From contig JAXHVD010000038.1 of assembly GCA_034189385.1 (NCBI GenBank), positions 1 to 14,313 on the forward strand: DNA of 14,313 nt, read 5' to 3'. Of this stretch, positions 7,835 to 14,313 are shown in pieces; position 1 is the first letter of the stretch, and the number at the start of each line of letters is the position of its first letter. The notes below the pieces were generated by a model. That model searched no databases. It worked only from the letters and a program-made list of their open reading frames with translations, and was not told the DNA's origin. This DNA is from Thermodesulfobacteriota bacterium. Its GTDB lineage: Bacteria > Desulfobacterota > Desulfobacteria > Desulfobacterales > C00003060. Both the position numbers and the translations under genes were made by a program.

Positions 7835-7904
7835 ATTTCCCTGTTTTATCCTCACACTGTTTGAGCGCCCACAGCTCTATCCCGGAACCGCTAATACACG
7901 CCTT

Positions 7905-8090
7905 GATTGTGGCAGGTCTTCTGGCTTCCTCTCCCTTTCAGCGGCCTTCCCATTCCGATGTTGTCGAAACAGTGGTCAAAGAATGCCGAAAGGGCTCCCC
8001 TCTTAAGCAAAGGAGGGAGAGGTTACAGCGGCGGGCCCGCTCCCGAGTTCCACGGGATTCCCTATTAAGCCTTAGGAGGCACCACGTTGC
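7905..8090 (-). promoter_or_regulatory. Cobalamin riboswitch 2 (controls btuF-btuD-btuC)
   Basis: Minus strand: TGGTGCCT...AGGCTTAATAGGGAATCCCGTGGAACTCGGGAGCGGGCCCGCCGCTGTAA...ACCACTG...TGGGAAGGC...AAGCCAGAAGACCTGCCAC. Confidence 0.95.
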
Positions 8091-8110
8091 TTTTGTTATG
8101 CCAGTCCTTC

Positions 8111-8128
8111 TTTTCTGTCAACAGAAAA
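8111..8128 (-). promoter_or_regulatory. Probable -35 box (TTGACA, 8116-8121) embedded in a perfect 8-2-8 inverted repeat
   Basis: TTTTCTGT-CA-ACAGAAAA, about 30 nt upstream of riboswitch 2. Confidence 0.5.
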
Positions 8129-8196
8129 CAAATGTTCTGCCAGGGCTGTGAATCGAATGGGTTACCGGAAGTATCTGCCTTGCGGGGATAGCCCGG

Positions 8197-9858
8197 TCAC
8201 TCCCCTTCAAAGAGGTCCACGAATCCGAACCGTTCCCCGTCAAAGAGGCCTTTATCGCTCAGTTTGAGTCTCGGGATGACCAAAAGCGCCATGAACGAAA
8301 GGGTCATGAACGGGGCTTTTAGCCTTGATCCGAACTCCTTGGCCCGTTGATCCAGCTTGGCATATGCCTCAGCCACGGTGAAGCCATCCTCATTTGACAT
8401 AAGCCCGGCCACAGGCAAGGCGAGATGCTCTTGAACACTGCCATGCACCGCAGCCAGACCTCCCTTATGGGCAATCACGATATTTACGGCAGCGCACATA
8501 TCTTCATCAGAGGCCCCAACGGCTACCACATTGTGAGAATCATGGGCCACCGATGCGGCAATGGCCCCTTTCTTCAGGCCGAAGTTCTTTGCAAAGCCGA
8601 TGGCAGGCGGCGCGTCTTGGTAGCGATTCACCACGGCGATCTTGAGGATATCTCTCTGTGTATCAGAAACCGCCAAGCCATGTTCCACCCGCGGCGTCTG
8701 CCGGCTTCTTCCCGTCATGACCTGCCCGTCAATGGCCTCTATCACATTCATGATGTCCCCTGTGCTTTGTACCTGGAAGTCTGAAGTCTCTCTTTTCTGG
8801 ACATCGAAGTAATTGACGACGTCTGATGAAACCCGCGGAAGCAGCGTTTTTCCATTTTCAGCCACCTTCTCTCCATTGATATAGGTGGCCAGAATGTTGA
8901 AATCCTCAAAATTGTCTATGACCAGAAGGTCGGCCCAGTCTCCTTTTTGAAGGAGACCCACGTCCAAGCCGTAGTGGTGGACGGGATTTACGCACGCGCA
9001 TTTCAAGACTTTCATCTTGTCGTAACCCAATGCCAAGGCCCTTTTTACCAATTCGTTGATTTGCCCCACCACCAGATCATCAGGGTGTTTATCATCGCTG
9101 CAAAGCATGGACATGTCATTATACTCATCAATGGCAAAGCTCAAGGTATCGAAGTTCTTGGCTGCCGACCCCTCGCGAATATGAAGCTTCATCCCCAGTT
9201 TCAGCTTCTGTAAGGCCTCGTCTTTTCCAATCGTCTCATGATCGGTCTCTATCCCGGCGCTCACGTATTTTTCCAGCATGTCGCCTTTGACACCGGGGGC
9301 GTGGCCGTCGATGCGCTTCTTGTACTTCTTGGCCAAGGCGATCTTGGCCATCACCTCCGGATCTTGGTAGATGACTCCGGGGTAATTCATGACTTCACTC
9401 AGGAACTTTATCTCATCTCTCTTTAACAGCTCTTCTACGGCGTCTGGCCCCAGCTCAGCCCCTGCCGTCTCAAAGCTGGTGGCAGGCACACAAGAGGGTG
9501 CACCAAAGTAGAATTTGAACGGTACCTTCTGTCCCTCCTGAATCATGTAGTTGACACCATCTATCCCTAGGACATTCGCAATCTCATGAGGATCGGAAAC
9601 CGTGGCCACCGTCCCATGAATGACTGCCAGCCTGGCAAACTCAGACGGAGTAAGCATGGAGCTTTCAATATGGACATGGGCGTCAATGAGGCCGGGTATG
9701 ATGTAGGTGCCATAACGCTTGTCTTCTAGGACGATGTCCAAAATTCTTCCGTCTGAAATGTTGAGGGTCCCTGGGTAAATCTCCCCCTTCAAAACATCAA
9801 CCACATTTCCTGAGATGGCTTCTATACCTTCTGCAATTCTGTCTTCCCTTTTCATCAT
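8197..9858 (-). CDS. ade: Adenine deaminase
   Basis: PGLIDAHVHIESSML, SDPHEIANVLG, APSCVPAT, LSEVMNYPGV, DGHAPG, TDHE, IREGSAAKN, SDDKHPDD, AHDSHN, PFMTLSFMALLVIP: the full AdeC motif set. Confidence 0.96.
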   Translation of the reverse strand: MMKREDRIAEGIEAISGNVVDVLKGEIYPGTLNISDGRILDIVLEDKRYGTYIIPGLIDAHVHIESSMLTPSEFARLAVIHGTVATVSDPHEIANVLGIDGVNYMIQEGQKVPFKFYFGAPSCVPATSFETAGAELGPDAVEELLKRDEIKFLSEVMNYPGVIYQDPEVMAKIALAKKYKKRIDGHAPGVKGDMLEKYVSAGIETDHETIGKDEALQKLKLGMKLHIREGSAAKNFDTLSFAIDEYNDMSMLCSDDKHPDDLVVGQINELVKRALALGYDKMKVLKCACVNPVHHYGLDVGLLQKGDWADLLVIDNFEDFNILATYINGEKVAENGKTLLPRVSSDVVNYFDVQKRETSDFQVQSTGDIMNVIEAIDGQVMTGRSRQTPRVEHGLAVSDTQRDILKIAVVNRYQDAPPAIGFAKNFGLKKGAIAASVAHDSHNVVAVGASDEDMCAAVNIVIAHKGGLAAVHGSVQEHLALPVAGLMSNEDGFTVAEAYAKLDQRAKEFGSRLKAPFMTLSFMALLVIPRLKLSDKGLFDGERFGFVDLFEGE

Positions 9859-10038
9859 TGTCTAGCTTGGCCATAAATGACCGTTTCCCCTACCTCTCAT
9901 CATTTTTTGGGGGATGTTTTGACAGGCCCACTGTGCCGACAAAGACTCAAACCGCTTTTCGTTCTGGAATTGCGTCGGGGGCATATCGGATTGAGACTGA
10001 CCATTATTCTAATCGGAATTCCCCCTCTTTGTCACCCA

Positions 10039-13000
10039 TCAGGCCATATTCTTGATGATCTTCTTTTCCACGTCCGGATACAAGGCATCGATTTCTTTCT
10101 GAATCTCGATGGTTTTCTGAATGGCTGTCACGATGCGACAATAGGTTTTGATCTCGTCCAGGCTGAGCACCCGGTCTTTCCGGTCCTTGAGCCACTTCGA
10201 CAGCACCTGATATCCGCCGATTTGGTATTCCCACAGCTCCCGGGGAACCGGTTCGAAGTACTGAGTCTTGTTGATATAGACGCGTTCCTCTTTCGGCTCG
10301 TAGCGAAACCCCTTGCCTTTGGTTCCAGCAACGCGGTTGTCTCCTTTACCCTGGAAGCGGGCCGCCGGCGGGTCGAGTTCTTCTGATCGAAGGAGATGCA
10401 GTCCGACTATGCGCTCGCCTAGTGCTGCAAGGGATTGAAAAAGAGCAAAATCCGCAGAGAAAGGAATTCGGGGGAAGTCTGTCTTCAGAAACTCAGCATA
10501 CTTCTTGCGGTAGGTGTCTGCATAAAGAACAGCATAGATGTAATGGAAGATCTTCTCTGGATTTGGCACATCACCGTATTCAGCTTTCAAAGTGCCTAAG
10601 AGCTTTGCGTTAAGGTTCGGCTTTCTATGTTCACCTGCCTTAACAGAGGCGAAAAGACCCTCTTGGGAGGTATCAGGATAGAGATAGAGAGGGAGGATTT
10701 GAGTTGTGCCCTTGCTACTGACAAACGTTCGATTGTCTACAATACAGCTTGTCGCAACTGCATGTGTGTACGGCTCGTTCAGAACAACCTGCCTCATAGT
10801 AACAAGTGCTACATTGTCCAGGGTCACGTGCCTCATGACCGCTTCACGGCCGAAGTCAATGGCGTGATAGTGATAGAAAACCCACCGTCTATCAAAGGGG
10901 CGGTACAAACACTGAGCAATCTTATCCTCCCAATCTCCATCTTTCTGGATTTCCCCGCGTTTCTCGGCCAGCTTCCAGTCTCGGTTGTCCTTGAGTTCGA
11001 AAGTCTCCCGCACAAATTCGTCCGGAAGCTTTGAATCAAGAAACATGCGAATTCTACGCTTCAGCGCTTCTCGGTCGAAATCAATGACGAAGTGGTCACG
11101 ATGGGTCTTTATTCCTGTGCTATTGACTGGAAAGACTTGGGTGACCGGCACGAACTCGTTGTATCGTTTCAATGCTGCTTCGTCCCGTGGCAGAAAGAGG
11201 TAGAGCTCTGGCTTGGAGGCGGTCACCTCCCACTCCGTTGTTTTTATGTCGTGGTTTTGCAGCCATTCATACTTATTCTCTCTGGACCCCCAGAGGTCTG
11301 CGTGGTGGACTTTCGCCTTCTGGTTCCCCTGGTGCCTCACTAACAACGCTATGGCTGCTCCCGGCCGGATGTCAAAGACATTTTCGTCTTTGCTTCCGTC
11401 TGGACAGATCTCCCGCTTCAAAGAGTTGCCGTGCAAGTCCAAGACATAAATCTCATCGAAGGTTTTCATGAGGCTGTAGCGCATGCCCCTGAACGTGGGG
11501 TTATCAAGATAAGAATGGTTGGTGATCATGCCAACCAACCCCACACCACTCCGGTCAATCTTCCACTGTGCGAAGCGCAGGAACTTCACGTAATCATCTG
11601 ATAGTGGCATGAGGTTTCTTTCACTTCTCACTAGTTCCTTGTACGCCTCCATTTCTCTTGCAATGAAAGCGGACTTGTTGACCGAGCTTACTGAATAAGG
11701 CGGATTCCCAAGAACGACGAGTATGGGACGCTCCGCCTTCACTTCGCCCGCCAGCCGTGACTCTTGGGCCAGCGAGGCCATACCTGGCAGATGGGTCTGC
11801 TCCAGTTCCTCCATTTCCAGAGTGTTGGTCAGATAGAACTGAAATCGCTCATCATCAGTGAGGCGATGTCCCAGTTCCTCAAGAAAGAAGGACATCTTGA
11901 GGTGGCCCACAGCGTAAGGGGCCATCATAAGTTCGAAGGCGTAATAATTCTTCAGAATATGGTCCTTGATGAAGCCTTCTCGACCACCAGAGCCATATTT
12001 TTGTTCAAATTCCTTGACTGCCTCCTGGCTGGCGCGGGCCACGAATGTCATGGTTCCGGCTGCGGGATCGAGCAAAGTGACTCCTTCGGATGCCAAGCCA
12101 TCGCTTTTGCCGAATTTCTCTTTTAAGAGCTTGTGAAGTGAACGGACGATGTAGGACACCACCGGCTCTGGCGTATAGTAGACCCCGCGACGCTCCCGCT
12201 CTTTCGGATCGTACTCTGCCAGAAAGGTCTCATAGAAGTGGACAACAGGATCGCTGCCCTTTCCATCACGATAAAACCGTTCAAGGATGCCGCCAGCGTC
12301 CGCCACGGCCAGTACTTCCGAGATGTCGTCCACAATCCATTCAAGCTGTTTTGGCAAATCGCCCAGGGAGATGAATTGGAATACGTCGCGCAGAATGCCG
12401 ATGGTCCGCGGGATGTTATCAAAGGCGAGCTTGCGATTGAATCCGTTCTTGGCCCTCGTGCGGGCGGCAAAGAGGCCGTAGGTAATGGTTTGGGCGTAAA
12501 GGTCGGAAAAGTCCTCCAAGGTAAGGTTGGCAATCAAATACTTCTGGAAGGCCTCGTAAAACCCTAGAAGGTTCCCTTCCCCTTCTTCCTTCTCTTCAGC
12601 AAGCTGGTCTGCAACCACATCCCGGAGAAAACGGGTGCGTTTCGCCAGCTCCACGGCCAGGGATTCCGCTGTGTATGACTTGGGAAGCGTAAAGGAGAAG
12701 AACTTTTCAAACAGACCGAACAGCTCGTCCCCTTTCTCCACGGGAGGCACAGTGCCGAGCTTGTGTAATACATATGGCCGGGCAGCCAGAACGCGCTCGA
12801 TTAGCTGTCCATTGCGGAAAAGGAGAAACTCAAAAAAGTTGGTAAGAAGCAGATTGGGAAAGGTATGAAGATACCGCTTGAGCTGGTCTGTCGTTGCAGT
12901 ATGATCCAGGTTCTCCTCAGTGGGTCTTTTGGCCTCAACATAGCCGGTGATCTGGTCATGGCCGTTCCAGACCCGGAAATCCGGATTGCCCGCCTCGGTC

Positions 13001-13206
13001 TTCTTAGGAAGGGTTGTTACGTGAACTTCAGTCCTGCCGCTGGAGGCCGCAAACTGCCCAAAGAGATCTTCAAGACATGAATAGAAGCTCTCTTCACGAG
13101 CATCACCCTGGCCCGCCACCTCCGTGATGGCCTTGAAGTAGTTCTTCAGTATGGTTTTAGACTTCACTGAACCGCAGCCAAAGGCTTTCTCTGCAACGCC
13201 CGTCAT
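10039..13206 (-). CDS. Single-chain restriction-modification enzyme (type IIG-like): PD-(D/E)xK nuclease, N6-adenine methyltransferase, type ISP-like C-terminal specificity domain
   Basis: N-terminal NPDFRVW...GYVEAK nuclease motif; GVYYTP, LLDPAAGT (SAM binding) and GNPPY (catalytic); C-terminal YRPFDRRWVFY, DFPRIPF and WEYQIGGYQVLSKWLKDRK. No helicase motifs. Start uncertain (13206 or GTG 13167). Confidence 0.88.
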   Translation of the reverse strand: MTGVAEKAFGCGSVKSKTILKNYFKAITEVAGQGDAREESFYSCLEDLFGQFAASSGRTEVHVTTLPKKTEAGNPDFRVWNGHDQITGYVEAKRPTEENLDHTATTDQLKRYLHTFPNLLLTNFFEFLLFRNGQLIERVLAARPYVLHKLGTVPPVEKGDELFGLFEKFFSFTLPKSYTAESLAVELAKRTRFLRDVVADQLAEEKEEGEGNLLGFYEAFQKYLIANLTLEDFSDLYAQTITYGLFAARTRAKNGFNRKLAFDNIPRTIGILRDVFQFISLGDLPKQLEWIVDDISEVLAVADAGGILERFYRDGKGSDPVVHFYETFLAEYDPKERERRGVYYTPEPVVSYIVRSLHKLLKEKFGKSDGLASEGVTLLDPAAGTMTFVARASQEAVKEFEQKYGSGGREGFIKDHILKNYYAFELMMAPYAVGHLKMSFFLEELGHRLTDDERFQFYLTNTLEMEELEQTHLPGMASLAQESRLAGEVKAERPILVVLGNPPYSVSSVNKSAFIAREMEAYKELVRSERNLMPLSDDYVKFLRFAQWKIDRSGVGLVGMITNHSYLDNPTFRGMRYSLMKTFDEIYVLDLHGNSLKREICPDGSKDENVFDIRPGAAIALLVRHQGNQKAKVHHADLWGSRENKYEWLQNHDIKTTEWEVTASKPELYLFLPRDEAALKRYNEFVPVTQVFPVNSTGIKTHRDHFVIDFDREALKRRIRMFLDSKLPDEFVRETFELKDNRDWKLAEKRGEIQKDGDWEDKIAQCLYRPFDRRWVFYHYHAIDFGREAVMRHVTLDNVALVTMRQVVLNEPYTHAVATSCIVDNRTFVSSKGTTQILPLYLYPDTSQEGLFASVKAGEHRKPNLNAKLLGTLKAEYGDVPNPEKIFHYIYAVLYADTYRKKYAEFLKTDFPRIPFSADFALFQSLAALGERIVGLHLLRSEELDPPAARFQGKGDNRVAGTKGKGFRYEPKEERVYINKTQYFEPVPRELWEYQIGGYQVLSKWLKDRKDRVLSLDEIKTYCRIVTAIQKTIEIQKEIDALYPDVEKKIIKNMA

Positions 13207-13251
13207 CCCGCGTCCGACTGAAGGTCAAACCACATGCGTCCGAGGCGCGTG

Positions 13252-13464
13252 TCATGCAACACAGCTTCTGAGACTAATGGAAAGGGGTTCCTCTTTGATT
13301 GCACTGACTTTCAAGATCGAGAAGCCGATGATATTTCCATCTTGATCAACTTTTTCCATCACCGCATCGTTTTCTGTCTCTTTGAAATAACCTGCTTTCT
13401 GATCAAGGAGGACCTCAAGATAATCTCCTTCTTTGTCGTACCATACCTTTATTTCTTTTCCCAC
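13252..13464 (-). CDS. DUF2283 family protein, putative antitoxin
   Basis: 70 aa, acidic: IKVWYDKEGDYLEV...MEKVDQDGNIIGFSIL matches the DUF2283 pattern (YD..D.L.I ... D..G.IIG..I). Overlaps the upstream gene. Confidence 0.8.
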   Translation of the reverse strand: MGKEIKVWYDKEGDYLEVLLDQKAGYFKETENDAVMEKVDQDGNIIGFSILKVSAIKEEPLSISLRSCVA

Positions 13465-13763
13465 AGGACCTCACCTCTCTTCACAGTATCTGTAAAATAC
13501 GCGGTTATGACAAACAAATCACTATTCCCTGCCTTAACAACAACGCACAAGTATTTCTCAGTAACAGGTGTATTTTCATAATGGCGGTAGTACAATTCTA
13601 CATTCAGATCTGCCCGTGATCTGACTACTATGTCGGGATCCAACAAGGCCTCCCGCACTCTGTCCATCTGTCCCCACATTTCCGGGTGGTCAGTCTCGAC
13701 ATGTTCACGTCGCTCATCCGACATTCGGAGCTTTCTGTTGTGGATATCCTTATACCATTCCAT
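13449..13763 (-). CDS. Small RelE/BECR-fold (PBECR2/DUF4258-like) putative ribonuclease toxin
   Basis: 104 aa: ERREHVETDHPEM, ALLDPDIVVRS, LYYRHY, KYLCVVVK, FVITAYFT. This type is typically paired with DUF2283. Confidence 0.7.
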   Translation of the reverse strand: MEWYKDIHNRKLRMSDERREHVETDHPEMWGQMDRVREALLDPDIVVRSRADLNVELYYRHYENTPVTEKYLCVVVKAGNSDLFVITAYFTDTVKRGEVLWEKK

Positions 13764-13934
13764 TCCCGAATACTCAAAAAGTCCCTCAAATTCTACATCT
13801 TACATGAAGAGAAAAACGTCCTCCAGGATCCTTGTCCAACGTCAGCCTTTCGTTCGCGCACGCTAACCAGACTACCCTCTTCGGCTGGAGCTTCTAATAC
13901 TGACGGGATCCCGCGATACTGGATTCTATATATT

Positions 13935-13959
13935 TATAACGATTAAAAAGGCTTGTCAA
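13935..13959 (-). promoter_or_regulatory. Probable sigma70 promoter for the TA / R-M cassette
   Basis: TTGACA (13959-13954) followed by an AT-rich TATAAATA block 15-17 nt downstream. Confidence 0.5.
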
Positions 13960-14053
13960 TAATTGCGCCTGGCTCTAAAACCTCTTGCCCAGGCGGACGA
14001 AATGATGGAGTTGGGAGGATTCGCTAGGGAAGGTGGTACGGAAAAGGCAAATC

Positions 14054-14313
14054 TCAGTTACTGAACATCTTCTTCAACTTACTGGAAAGCTTCTTTGATT
14101 CCAGGGCGGCAAATTCTTTCAGGAGGGCTTCTTGTTTCTTGCTTATCCCTGTGGGGGTCTTGACCATCACCTGAATGATCTGATCCCCTCTGCCGTAGCC
14201 CCTGAGCGAGGGGATGCCTTCGCCTTTAAAACGAAAGACCTCTCCCGCCTGGGTTCCCTTGGGGATGTGAAGATTCTTATCTCCATTTAGGGTAGGCACA
14301 TCGATGTCGTCAC
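14054..14313 (-). CDS. dnaJ: Chaperone DnaJ, C-terminal fragment; truncated by window edge
   Basis: DDIDVPTLNG...IPKGTQAGEVFRFKGEGIPSLRGYGRGDQIIQVMVKTPTGISKKQEALLKEF is the DnaJ C-terminal domain. The frame is open to the window end. Confidence 0.92.
   Translation of the reverse strand, partial: DDIDVPTLNGDKNLHIPKGTQAGEVFRFKGEGIPSLRGYGRGDQIIQVMVKTPTGISKKQEALLKEFAALESKKLSSKLKKMFSN

Noticed and set aside
7423..8151. 242-aa + strand ORF, and similar antisense ORFs (3367-4011, 6147-6788, 9877-10386, 13234-13581)
   Set aside because: They are shadows of well-supported minus-strand genes or riboswitches and carry no recognisable motifs.
9909..9929. Possible insertion-sequence end (GGGGGATGTTTTGACAGGCCC)
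   Set aside because: No partner inverted repeat, target duplication or transposase found in the window.
9859..10038. Purine riboswitch upstream of ade
   Set aside because: No TATAAT...GATATGG...GTTTCTAC...CCGTAAA core on the minus strand.
1..14313. CRISPR array, tRNA/rRNA, integrase or transposase
   Set aside because: No regularly spaced repeats, cloverleafs or recombinase motifs seen by eye.

Overview
The window has two parts. Bases 1-8100 form a cobalamin (B12) uptake and use island: the 3' end of a TonB-dependent receptor, a secreted multidomain protein (BtuH-like head, two Ig/FN3-like repeats, C-terminal GCF-type sorting motif), a MesB-like core methionine synthase, a decayed DUF4465 surface-protein gene behind its own cobalamin riboswitch, and a btuF-btuD-btuC ABC operon behind a second cobalamin riboswitch. 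Bases 8197-14313, all on the minus strand, hold adenine deaminase, a single-chain restriction-modification enzyme (nuclease, N6-methyltransferase, type ISP-like specificity domain, no helicase), a RelE/PBECR-like plus DUF2283 putative toxin-antitoxin pair, and the 3' end of dnaJ. The domain content suggests an anaerobic Desulfobacterota (deltaproteobacterial) genome (inference). The best candidate for an undescribed system is a modular, C-terminally sorted set of surface cobamide-capture proteins: different B12-binding heads on a shared stalk and anchor, linked to a TonB receptor, BtuFCD and a corrinoid-dependent methionine synthase. All family calls are from motif recognition by eye; no searches were run.
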